DNA from: Erysipelotrichaceae bacterium
GTDB taxonomy: Bacteria > Bacillota_I > Bacilli_A > Erysipelotrichales > Coprobacillaceae
Assembly (NCBI GenBank): GCA_028698185.1
Contig: JAQVDW010000001.1
Span: 120,001-152,000, forward strand
Direction of reading: 5' to 3'
DNA: 32,000 bases
Part shown: one piece after another, positions 1-8,135 of the stretch
How the letters are laid out: each line of letters starts with the position of its first letter
Numbering within the stretch: the first letter of the stretch is position 1
Position numbers and translations under genes: made by a program
The notes under the pieces: generated by a model
What the model was told of the DNA's origin: nothing
Seen by the model: the letters and a program-made list of their open reading frames with translations, nothing else
The model's database searches: none

Positions 1-152
1 ATTTTAACAGCAGCTGGGTTTTTAGTTGGATCGTAAGTTCCCAACAATTCGATGTATTTTCCATCACGTGCAACTCTTGAGTCAGCAGCTACAACTCTAT
101 AGAAAGGAGCTCTTTTCGCACCCATTCTCATTAATCTTAATTTTACAGCCAT
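1..152 (-). CDS. rpsP: 30S ribosomal protein S16, first ~50 codons; the gene runs off the left edge
   Basis: Not in the ORF track. My minus-strand translation from ATG at 150-152 is [50 protein letters not shown], a typical S16 N-terminus. AGGAGG (rc of 161-166) lies 8 nt upstream. It follows ffh, as in Bacillus. Confidence 0.9.
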   Translation of the reverse strand, partial: MAVKLRLMRMGAKRAPFYRVVAADSRVARDGKYIELLGTYDPTKNPAAVK

Positions 153-217
153 TTCAATATCCTCCTATGTTTTTCTAACTGTCAAGTGTTAAAGCTTAAC
201 ACCGGTAATCCTCAATC

Positions 218-246
218 AATTTACCATACATAAAAGATACTGTCAA
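218..246 (-). promoter_or_regulatory. Putative sigma-A promoter for rpsP: -35 TTGACA (rc 241-246), 17-nt spacer, TGg-extended -10 TAAATT (rc 218-223)
   Basis: Read directly on the minus strand: TTGACA gtatcttttatgtatgg TAAATT. The -35 lies inside the 3' arm of the ffh terminator hairpin. Confidence 0.5.
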
Positions 247-268
247 GTGTTTTCCCTTAACAGTATCT
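228..268 (-). terminator. Rho-independent terminator after ffh
   Basis: Minus strand: AGATACTGTTAAG ggaaaaca CTTGACAGTATCT, a 13-bp stem with one mismatch, followed by TTTTATGTAT. It starts 5 nt after the ffh stop. Confidence 0.75.
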
Positions 269-272
269 AAAA

Positions 273-1664
273 TTATCTTTTTTTCTTTTTATGCCGGATT
301 TTCTTGCGGTTTGGATCGAATCCGCTTGGACCTTTGGCCGGCCGTTGGGTCGGCATTCCGGTTGTCGGATCGATGTTCCCGAGCATCTTCATCATTTTTT
401 TCGAATCTTCGAACTGCTTCAGCAGGCGGTTGATGTCGGCCACCGATTTGCCTGAACCCTGGGCAATCCGCTGTTTTCGGGATGTGTTGATGATTGAAGG
501 ATCGCGGCGTTCCTGTTTTGTCATCGAGTAGATGATCGCCTCCATCATCTTGAGACGATTGTTTGTGTCGTCATCGTCGATTTTGGGAATATTCGGCATT
601 CCTGGAATCATTTTCATAATCCCCGAGATCGGCCCGAGTTTCTTGAGCTGGTGCATCTGTGAAAGCATGTCATCAAGTCCGAATTGCCCCGATTGGAGTT
701 TTTTCAGGGTTTTCATGGTGTCTTTTTCATCATAGACATCCTGAACTTTCTCAACCAATGTGACAACATCGCCCATTCCTAGGATCCGATCGGCCATCCG
801 GTCGGGATAGAAAAAGTCGATCTGGTCAAGTTTTTCTCCGGTACCGATGTATTTGATCGGTACGTTGGCAACCTGGCGGATTGAAAGCGCGCCACCGCCA
901 CGGGCATCCCCGTCCAATTTGGTCAACACGGCTCCGGTTATGCTTAGCTGCTGGTTGAACGAAGCGGCGACATTGACAATGTCCTGACCGGTCAATGAAT
1001 CGACCACAAGCAATATTTCATTTGGAGTCGCAATCTTTTTGAGGTCAATCAGCTCGGCCATCAATGCCTCATCGATATGCAGACGCCCCGCCGTATCGAT
1101 GATGATGACATCGTTTCCGTTGGTTCTGGCTTGTTCTAGCCCTTCCCTGACGATGTCCTGGGCCGACTTGCTTGTCCCTTGTTGGTAGACTGGCACATCG
1201 ATCTGGTTTCCCAGAGTGATAAGCTGGTCCACGGCAGCTGGACGGTAGATGTCGGCCGCGATAAGCAACGGTTTTTTCGCCTCTTTTTCCTTGATGTACT
1301 TGGCGATTTTTCCCGAAGTCGTCGTCTTTCCAGAACCTTGCAGTCCGACCATCATAATCACGGTCGGTTTGTTGTCGAACGAAACCTTGGCCACTTCGCC
1401 CCCTAACAGGCTGACTAGTTCGTCATGGACGATTTTCACCAATACCTGACCGGGTTTCAATGAACCGATTACGTCCTGGCCAACGGCCTTTTCCTTGACG
1501 TTGGCGATGAAATCCTTGACGACGTTGAAATTGACGTCGGCTTCCAATAACGCCAGGCGGATTTCGGTTAACATCTCCTGCATGTTCTGTTCGGTCAGTT
1601 TCCCTTGACCGGATACTTTCTTTATCGTCTGCGAGAGACGTTCTGACAGTGATTCAAATGGCAT
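273..1664 (-). CDS. ffh: Signal recognition particle protein Ffh (SRP54-type GTPase)
   Basis: 463-aa ORF with GLQGSGKTTT, DTAGR and TKLDGD GTPase motifs, a Met-rich M domain and a basic tail. Sits in the ftsY-ylxM-ffh-rpsP order. Confidence 0.97.
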   Translation of the reverse strand: MPFESLSERLSQTIKKVSGQGKLTEQNMQEMLTEIRLALLEADVNFNVVKDFIANVKEKAVGQDVIGSLKPGQVLVKIVHDELVSLLGGEVAKVSFDNKPTVIMMVGLQGSGKTTTSGKIAKYIKEKEAKKPLLIAADIYRPAAVDQLITLGNQIDVPVYQQGTSKSAQDIVREGLEQARTNGNDVIIIDTAGRLHIDEALMAELIDLKKIATPNEILLVVDSLTGQDIVNVAASFNQQLSITGAVLTKLDGDARGGGALSIRQVANVPIKYIGTGEKLDQIDFFYPDRMADRILGMGDVVTLVEKVQDVYDEKDTMKTLKKLQSGQFGLDDMLSQMHQLKKLGPISGIMKMIPGMPNIPKIDDDDTNNRLKMMEAIIYSMTKQERRDPSIINTSRKQRIAQGSGKSVADINRLLKQFEDSKKMMKMLGNIDPTTGMPTQRPAKGPSGFDPNRKKIRHKKKKR

Positions 1665-1674
1665 AATCTAACTC

Positions 1675-2004
1675 CTATACTTTTCTTAACATTTTAATGT
1701 ATTCTTCGATTTCAGGATGCTCTTTTGACAGCGAATCGTCGAGCTTTTCGAGCAGGCTAAGACGCTGCATGTGCTTTTCCAGAAGATGAAGTTTCTCTTC
1801 GTACTTTTCCAACAGGGATACGGCCTTTTTGAGATTGTCATAAACCGCGTTGCGGCTGACATCCAGTTCCAGGGCGATTTCCGAGAGCGACAGGTCATCT
1901 TGATAATAAAGTTCGAGGTAATTGCGTTGCTTGTCTGTAAGCAGCTCCTCGTAACAGTCCATCAGAAGATTTACCCGGGCCTGTTTTTCAAGGCTGTCAG
2001 TCAT
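1675..2004 (-). CDS. ylxM: YlxM/UPF0122 small helix-turn-helix protein associated with SRP genes
   Basis: ORF-track ORF 1675..2079 trimmed to the ATG at 2002-2004 ([11 protein letters not shown]...). The 25 upstream codons lie inside ftsY. The start is embedded in the ftsY end, aATGACTGA. It holds the conserved position between ftsY and ffh. Confidence 0.8.
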   Translation of the reverse strand: MTDSLEKQARVNLLMDCYEELLTDKQRNYLELYYQDDLSLSEIALELDVSRNAVYDNLKKAVSLLEKYEEKLHLLEKHMQRLSLLEKLDDSLSKEHPEIEEYIKMLRKV

Positions 2005-2980
2005 TGTCGACAATCCCCTTGCACAATCCGTAAATGTACTGCTCGAGGTCGAATTCCTGCAGGTCGTCCAGGCCTTCACCTAGACCGATGAATTTGACTG
2101 GGATGTTCAGGCTGTCTTTGATTGACAGGACTATTCCGCCTTTGGCGGTCCCGTCCATCTTCGACAGGACGATTCCGCTGATGTTCGTGATTTTCGCGAA
2201 TTCAGTGGCCTGCATCACCCCGTTTTGGCCGGTGGTGGCGTCGATGACAAGTAGTGTCTCATGCGGTCCGTCCTCCACTTCCCGGGCTATTATCCGGTTG
2301 ATCTTTTCCAATTCCTTCATCAGGTTGACCTTGTTTTGCAAGCGGCCGGCCGTATCGATGATCAACACATCGAAGTTCTGGTCCTTGGCCTGTTTCAAGG
2401 CATCGAAGACAACCGAAGCGGGATCGCCGTTTTCCGGCCCAATCACAATCGGAACCCCGACACGATCCGCCCATACGGCAAGCTGGTCGGTCGCTCCGGC
2501 CCGGAAAGTATCTCCTGCGGCCACAATGACTTTCTTGCCTTGAGTCTTGAGCTTGTTGGCAAGCTTGCCGATGGTTGTCGTTTTCCCGGCTCCGTTGACC
2601 CCGACCATCAGTATTACAGTAAGTCCTTGTGCTGCGTAATTGATTTTGGTCGACATCACACTCTCATTGGCGTAGATCAAAAACATCTTGTCGATGATGA
2701 TGTCATTGATTTGACGCGGATCCTTGATGTTCTGGATCCGGACTTCGTTTTTGATCTCCCCGACGATTTTCATGACCATAGCCACTCCGACATCGGCCAT
2801 GATCAGGATGTTTTCAAGTTCCTCGAAATAATCGTCGTTAAGCTCGCGAAAGCGGGCTGCAAGTTCGTTGATCTTGGTCGAGAACGAAGCATTCGACTTG
2901 TCAAGACCGGCGATATATTTTTCATTCTGTCTGGTGGAAGTCCCCACAAACATTTCTTTGATATTTTTGAATATTCCCAT
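1997..2980 (-). CDS. ftsY: Signal recognition particle receptor FtsY
   Basis: 327-aa ORF with [16 protein letters not shown] and [10 protein letters not shown] motifs. It is the short form without a long acidic A domain. Confidence 0.96.
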   Translation of the reverse strand: MGIFKNIKEMFVGTSTRQNEKYIAGLDKSNASFSTKINELAARFRELNDDYFEELENILIMADVGVAMVMKIVGEIKNEVRIQNIKDPRQINDIIIDKMFLIYANESVMSTKINYAAQGLTVILMVGVNGAGKTTTIGKLANKLKTQGKKVIVAAGDTFRAGATDQLAVWADRVGVPIVIGPENGDPASVVFDALKQAKDQNFDVLIIDTAGRLQNKVNLMKELEKINRIIAREVEDGPHETLLVIDATTGQNGVMQATEFAKITNISGIVLSKMDGTAKGGIVLSIKDSLNIPVKFIGLGEGLDDLQEFDLEQYIYGLCKGIVDND

Positions 2981-2982
2981 AA

Positions 2983-5934
2983 CTACTCCTTATTCTCGTT
3001 GTTGGTAAGTTCGATGGCGTCGCTTAGCTGTACCCCGACCAACTTGGTAACTCCTTGTTGCTGCATCGTCGCTCCATATAAAAGGTCGCACTGTTCCATT
3101 GTCCCCTCGCGGTGGGTCACCACGATAAACTGGGTCATCTTTGAAAAGCTTTTGAGATACCGGGCGAAACGGTCGACGTTGGCGAGATCAAGCGCCGCCT
3201 CGACTTCGTCAAGAATGCACATCGGCACCGGACGGACCTTCAAAATGGCAAACAGGCACGAGATGGCGATCAGTGCCTTCTCACCCCCGGAGAACAAACT
3301 GATGTTTTGGATTGCCTTGCCAGGGGGCTGGACGTTGATGTCGATGCCCGTTTCAAGCAAATCGCTTTCGTCTTCGTAGATCAACTTGGCGCTTCCGCCG
3401 CCAAAAAGACTCCGGAAAACCTCATTGAACTGGACGTTGACCAGATCGACGGTCTCTTTGAATCTCGAGATCATGATATCGTCCATTTTCTTGATGGCCT
3501 GCAACAGGGCGTCTTCTCCCTGGATCAGATCGTCGCGCTGGCTGGTGAGATGTTCGTATCTTTGCGAAATCTCGACATACTGCTCGATCGCATCAAGATT
3601 GACATTGCCTAAAGCCTTGATTGCCTGGGTCAGTTCGATGACTTCGACTTTGGCCACTTCGATATCGATGCTGTTGTTCGCGTTTTCCAAGGCGAATTCA
3701 TAGGTCATCGAATATTCCTGGTTCAACCGTTCAAGAAGGCTGTCAAGCTTGTAGTTTATCTTGGTGATGGAAATGTCGAGTCTGTTCTTGCTTTCCTGAT
3801 GTTCCTTGAGACCGCTTCGCAAATCGCGCAGCACCTTTTTGATGGCATCGCTTTGTTCTAGCAAGTCCATCTTCAGCTGGCGTTTGGCTTTTATTTGCCC
3901 GCTCAAATCTTCACGGCAAGCAACTGCCTCGTTGAGCTGTTCGAGAATCTCGTCCTGGCGCCGGTTGGAAAGCAGGTCATCCAGGTCCATTTTTTCGTTT
4001 GTGAGCTGCTTGTATTGGGCGGTGTTTTCGTCAATCGCCTGTTTGTATTGAGTGACCTCGTCTTTGAGTTTGGAATACTGTAGCTGCAGTTGGAAAAGAT
4101 CGTTGGTGAGTGACTTGACACCATTGTCAATGTCATTGTAGCTGTTTTTATTGGCGGCGATTTTTTTTCGGAATTGGTCAATTTCTATTTCCAATTTATC
4201 TAAATCATCCTGGAGATTGATGTTTATTTTCGGATTCCTCGTGCCTCCACCGGTCAACGATCCTCCGACATTCACGACATCGCCATCAAGAGTGACCACG
4301 CGATAACGCCCGTAAAGCTCTTTTGAAAGGCTGTTGGCACTGTCAAGGTCGGCGGCGATAAGGATATTCCCTAAAAGATTTTCGATAATCGCCAAATATT
4401 CCGGTTCACATGTGACAAATGAGCTCGCCGTTCCCAGAAATCCCGGAAACTGATCGGCCACAAGCAGATGATTCTGGTCGATATGACGGCTTTTGATGAC
4501 ATTCAAAGGCATGAATGTCGCCCGGCCGCTATGGTTGCGCTTCAAAAAATTGATGGCATCCTTGGCGGTCAGGTCGTCGCGCGTGATGATATTCTGATAT
4601 GAATTGCCAAGGGCGGTCGAAATCGCCAGCGAATACGGGCTGTCGACTTTTATCAGCTCACTGATTGTTCCCACCAGCTTTGGAAATGAATTGCGGGCTT
4701 GAAGAATCGCCTTGACCCCGTTGTTGTAGGCGGAATGGTTGATCAGCTGGTTCTCGAGAGTCCTGAATTCATTTTCCTTTTGAAGCAGCTTAAGCTGGCT
4801 GCTTTCGATGGTTCCCTTGAGTTTCTCTGCTTCTAGGGTGAGGTCGTTGCGCTGATTGTTTTTCTCCTGGACCTTCTCCTTGATTCCGTTGAGTCTTTTG
4901 ACCCGGTCGTTGTAGATGGTGACCTGGGTGGCAATGTCATTTTTGAGCTGGCTTATCTGCCGGTCATGGTCGTCGCTTTCAAGATTGCGGGCCTCTTTCT
5001 GTTTGATTTCAAGGTCCTTTTGCGCGAGCTGGTATTTCGATACGTCTTCAACGGCTTTTAGGTACTGGCTTTGGAGCTGGTCGACCTCCTTGTCGATGTT
5101 TGACATCATGGCTTCAAGCTTGTCATTGTTGTTTTCGTTTATGACAATATCGCCGTTTATCTGGCTTAATGTGGTTGCCAGCCGGTCAATCTGTTTAGTA
5201 AGGTCATCTTTTTTGGTGAGCGATGATTTGATGTCGTATACCAGCACCGATATTTCGATTGCGGTAAGCTTCTCTTTTAGTTCCTTGAATCTAACTGCCT
5301 TGTCGTACTGTCTTTTCAATGGCCTGAGATTAGTCTCAATTTCATTGATGATGTCCTTGACCCGGTCAAGATTTTCCTGGGTCCGTTCCAGTTTGCGGAT
5401 CGTCTCCATCTTGCGTTTTTTGTATTTGGATACTCCCGCCGCTTCTTCGAAGGTCACCCGCCGTTCGATTGGACGGCTGTCGGCAAAGGTCGAAATGTTT
5501 CCCTGCGAGATAATCGAGAGCGAATCGCGCCCCAAGCCGGTATCAAGAACGAGATTCGTTATATCCTTCAACCGGCATGGCTGGCGATTGAGCAGATATT
5601 CGCTTTCACCGTTTTGGCGGTAAAGCCGTCTGGTTATCTCGATTTCCTGATACCCAAGATTCAAATAGTCATCCTGGTTGTCAAACAGAAGCGTGACTTC
5701 CGCTAGATTCTGGGCTTTGCGGTTGGAGGAGCCGGCGAAGATGACATCGCTCATCGTTCCCCCGCGCAGGCTCTTGACCGACTGTTCACCCAACACCCAA
5801 CGGATGGCATCCGAGATGTTTGATTTGCCGCAGCCATTGGGCCCGACAATCCCGGTTATCCCGGGCTGCAAAGTAACCGTAGCCTTATCCGCAAAAGATT
5901 TAAATCCGTGAATTTCAATCTTTTTTAAATGCAT
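2983..5934 (-). CDS. smc: Chromosome partition protein Smc (short, 983 aa)
   Basis: Walker A GPNGCGKSN at the N-terminus, long heptad-rich coiled-coil arms, signature LSGGEKAL and Walker B ILDEVEAALD at the C-terminus. Confidence 0.95.
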   Translation of the reverse strand: MHLKKIEIHGFKSFADKATVTLQPGITGIVGPNGCGKSNISDAIRWVLGEQSVKSLRGGTMSDVIFAGSSNRKAQNLAEVTLLFDNQDDYLNLGYQEIEITRRLYRQNGESEYLLNRQPCRLKDITNLVLDTGLGRDSLSIISQGNISTFADSRPIERRVTFEEAAGVSKYKKRKMETIRKLERTQENLDRVKDIINEIETNLRPLKRQYDKAVRFKELKEKLTAIEISVLVYDIKSSLTKKDDLTKQIDRLATTLSQINGDIVINENNNDKLEAMMSNIDKEVDQLQSQYLKAVEDVSKYQLAQKDLEIKQKEARNLESDDHDRQISQLKNDIATQVTIYNDRVKRLNGIKEKVQEKNNQRNDLTLEAEKLKGTIESSQLKLLQKENEFRTLENQLINHSAYNNGVKAILQARNSFPKLVGTISELIKVDSPYSLAISTALGNSYQNIITRDDLTAKDAINFLKRNHSGRATFMPLNVIKSRHIDQNHLLVADQFPGFLGTASSFVTCEPEYLAIIENLLGNILIAADLDSANSLSKELYGRYRVVTLDGDVVNVGGSLTGGGTRNPKININLQDDLDKLEIEIDQFRKKIAANKNSYNDIDNGVKSLTNDLFQLQLQYSKLKDEVTQYKQAIDENTAQYKQLTNEKMDLDDLLSNRRQDEILEQLNEAVACREDLSGQIKAKRQLKMDLLEQSDAIKKVLRDLRSGLKEHQESKNRLDISITKINYKLDSLLERLNQEYSMTYEFALENANNSIDIEVAKVEVIELTQAIKALGNVNLDAIEQYVEISQRYEHLTSQRDDLIQGEDALLQAIKKMDDIMISRFKETVDLVNVQFNEVFRSLFGGGSAKLIYEDESDLLETGIDINVQPPGKAIQNISLFSGGEKALIAISCLFAILKVRPVPMCILDEVEAALDLANVDRFARYLKSFSKMTQFIVVTHREGTMEQCDLLYGATMQQQGVTKLVGVQLSDAIELTNNENKE

Positions 5935-5943
5935 AATCTTCCC

Positions 5944-7320
5944 CTATCTTTTAATATTCAAGCGTTCAAGTGCCCGCTGCGTGTAGGCCGGCAGGCTAAC
6001 GGTAAATACCGAGCCGACATCCACTGTCGATTGCACATCGATCTTGCCTCCATGGAGATCGACAATGGTTCTAACAATCGAAAGACCCAAACCGTTACCT
6101 TCGATATTGCGGGACTTGTCTTCCCGGTAGAACCGTTCGAAAATATGGGAAATGACTTCTTTGGACATTCCCAGTCCGGTATCCTCGATACTGACATCGA
6201 TCGATTTTTGGTTCCTTTTGACACTGATGGTTATCAGGCCGTGATCGAGAGTGTATTTGATCGCGTTGGAAATCAAATTCGTCCAGACCTGTTCGAGTTT
6301 GCTCCTGTCGCCATAAATAAGGACGGCCTTTTTCGGGAAGTCGAATTTGATTTCAATATCCTTTTTCAAGGCGTTGGACTCCATCGAATTGGCGGCCATT
6401 GTCAGCTGTTCGAGCAGGTTGTATTCCTCGAGCTCGAGCTGCGCCTGTTCGCTTTCAAGCATCGTCAGCTGCAGCATGTTTTTCGATAGCTGCGACAGGC
6501 GGTTCGAATTGTAGATGATGATGTCGACATAGCGTTCGAGCTGATCGCGGGGCAGGTCGGTTTCGTCCTTGATGATTTTCGCGAAGCCCTGGATCGATGT
6601 CAATGGGGTCTGGAATTCATGCGACACATCCGAAATGAACTTCTGGCGGTAAACTTCCTGTTTTCCTAACTGGACAGCCATCTGGTTGAACGACTTGTTG
6701 AGTTTGGAAATCTCGTCATCCCCGGTATAGGAGACCCGCACGCCATAGTTGCCGTTTGAAACGTCCTTGGTTGCCTTGATCAGTTTTGTGATCGGTCGGA
6801 CGATGACATCGGCCACAACGAAAAAGACGATCGTACCCATCAAAAAGATCCCTGAAAAGACAATCAGCATCGAATTGAGATATGACTGTTTTCGCTCCAA
6901 AGTATCCTTTTGGATAAGCAAATAGGCGTCATTACCAAGGACATTGACTTTCTTGCCATAAATGACCTCCGAATTGGTGGCTGTGTCGATATTCACCTCG
7001 GTATTGAACAGGTTCGTTATTTCATTGAGGCTGACCCTCTGGTGGGGCGTGCCGTAATAATAGTTCTGGTTGTTGTAATAGAGGGTTATTGCGCTGTCAA
7101 GCGAGTTGGAATAGTCATTGAGGATCTCGTAGAGCTTTCCGGTCGATTCGACCGATCCGATCGTCGTTTCCAAAAAAGAAAATTCCTTTTCGAGTTCCCC
7201 GCTGACCTGTAGGTCGACTTCGGTGCCGTTCATGTTGAAAGCAACAATCCCGGCAATCGGGAACGACAGCAAGATGGTGATCAAAAAGCCTAGTATCAGC
7301 TTCGAGTAGATCGATTTCAT
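5944..7320 (-). CDS. Sensor histidine kinase (2 TM segments, HAMP, HisKA, HATPase_c)
   Basis: 458 aa. Hydrophobic segments near residues 8-28 and 150-175. H-box SHEFQTPLTSIQGF, N-box LISNAIKYT, G1 DTGLGM, G2 GNGLGLSIV. The stop is 9 nt from the smc start. Confidence 0.9.
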   Translation of the reverse strand: MKSIYSKLILGFLITILLSFPIAGIVAFNMNGTEVDLQVSGELEKEFSFLETTIGSVESTGKLYEILNDYSNSLDSAITLYYNNQNYYYGTPHQRVSLNEITNLFNTEVNIDTATNSEVIYGKKVNVLGNDAYLLIQKDTLERKQSYLNSMLIVFSGIFLMGTIVFFVVADVIVRPITKLIKATKDVSNGNYGVRVSYTGDDEISKLNKSFNQMAVQLGKQEVYRQKFISDVSHEFQTPLTSIQGFAKIIKDETDLPRDQLERYVDIIIYNSNRLSQLSKNMLQLTMLESEQAQLELEEYNLLEQLTMAANSMESNALKKDIEIKFDFPKKAVLIYGDRSKLEQVWTNLISNAIKYTLDHGLITISVKRNQKSIDVSIEDTGLGMSKEVISHIFERFYREDKSRNIEGNGLGLSIVRTIVDLHGGKIDVQSTVDVGSVFTVSLPAYTQRALERLNIKR

Positions 7321-7994
7321 TTGCCCTCAACCTCGGCTTTGTAACCCAGCCCGCGCACCGTCACTATTTTGAATCCCGGAACATCCTTGAGGTTTTCCCG
7401 GACCCGCTTGATATGAACATCGACAGTCCGGTCAAACCCGTCATAATCCATACCCCATATCTTTTCAATCAGCTGTTCTCTTGAGAAAATGTGATTTGGA
7501 GATTTGACAAGTTCGAATACAAGCTCGAACTGCTTGAGGGGCAGATGGATGGTCCCGCCGCTATAGCGGATCTCATACTTGTCGCCGTCGAATTCGGTTT
7601 CGTTGATCTTGATGATATTCGACGCATTGATCGAATAGCGTTTCAATACAGCCTTTACGCGGGCAATGAGCTCGCTCGCGTCAAACGGCTTGGTCACATA
7701 GTCGTCGACTCCGACATCGAAACCCCGCAGCTTGTCTTTCGATTGCGACTTGGCGGTAAGCATGATCACCGGAACGTCCTTGATGTCCTTCATTTTCTCG
7801 ACCAGTTCGAAACCGTCCATCTTTGGCATCATCACATCGATGATCCCAAGATCAATATATTCACTTTCCAGGATTTCCAAAGCCTCGAAGCCATTGCTGG
7901 CTTCAAATACTTCGAACCCTTCCTTTTTTAGATAAAACTTTATCAACTCGCGGATATCCTGTTCGTCATCCACGATCAAAATTTTCGATTTCAT
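7317..7994 (-). CDS. OmpR/PhoB-family response regulator
   Basis: 225 aa. Receiver domain (ILIVDDE, DVMMPKMDG, LTAKS) plus winged-helix output (RTVDVHIKRVRENL...GYK). ATGA 4-nt overlap with the kinase gene. AGGAGG RBS. Confidence 0.93.
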   Translation of the reverse strand: MKSKILIVDDEQDIRELIKFYLKKEGFEVFEASNGFEALEILESEYIDLGIIDVMMPKMDGFELVEKMKDIKDVPVIMLTAKSQSKDKLRGFDVGVDDYVTKPFDASELIARVKAVLKRYSINASNIIKINETEFDGDKYEIRYSGGTIHLPLKQFELVFELVKSPNHIFSREQLIEKIWGMDYDGFDRTVDVHIKRVRENLKDVPGFKIVTVRGLGYKAEVEGK

Positions 7995-8033
7995 AGCGAC
8001 CTCCTTGCAAGCGTCTTTTTATGTACTCACTTT

Positions 8034-8062
8034 ATTATAACAAATCCGGCAATATCTGACAA
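8034..8062 (-). promoter_or_regulatory. Sigma-A promoter of the response-regulator/kinase operon: -35 TTGTCA, 17-nt spacer, TGt-extended -10 TATAAT
   Basis: Minus strand: TTGTCA gatattgccggatttgt TATAAT, about 40 nt upstream of the response-regulator ATG. Confidence 0.65.
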
Positions 8063-8098
8063 TTAAACTTCAAAAAAGTTCGTCGAATATGAGCCCAT

Positions 8099-8128
8099 TT
8101 AAAAACGCCTTGCCTAAGCAAAGCGTTC
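8099..8128 (-). terminator. Rho-independent terminator after the 553-aa membrane protein gene
   Basis: Minus strand: AACGCTTTGC ttag GCAAGGCGTT (one mismatch) followed by TTTTAAAT. Confidence 0.65.
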
Positions 8129-8135
8129 TTGATGG

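Noticed and set aside
178-190. The second TTGACA copy as a promoter for rpsP
   Set aside because: At 17 nt spacing the -10 would be GGATAT, and transcription would start at or after the RBS. It is better read as a repeat within the 5' UTR.
2261-3379. A 372-aa plus-strand ORF spanning the ftsY/smc junction
   Set aside because: It is fully antisense to two genes with unmistakable motifs. Its translation is the D/V/L/F/H-rich, low-complexity type typical of shadow frames. It stays open because the sense genes rarely use TTA, CTA and TCA codons. It has no RBS or promoter.
5944-7994. Assigning the two-component system to a named family (WalRK, ArlRS, CssRS and similar)
   Set aside because: Only generic HisKA/HATPase and OmpR motifs are visible. 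The sensor domain has no feature I can recognise, so a specific name would be a guess.
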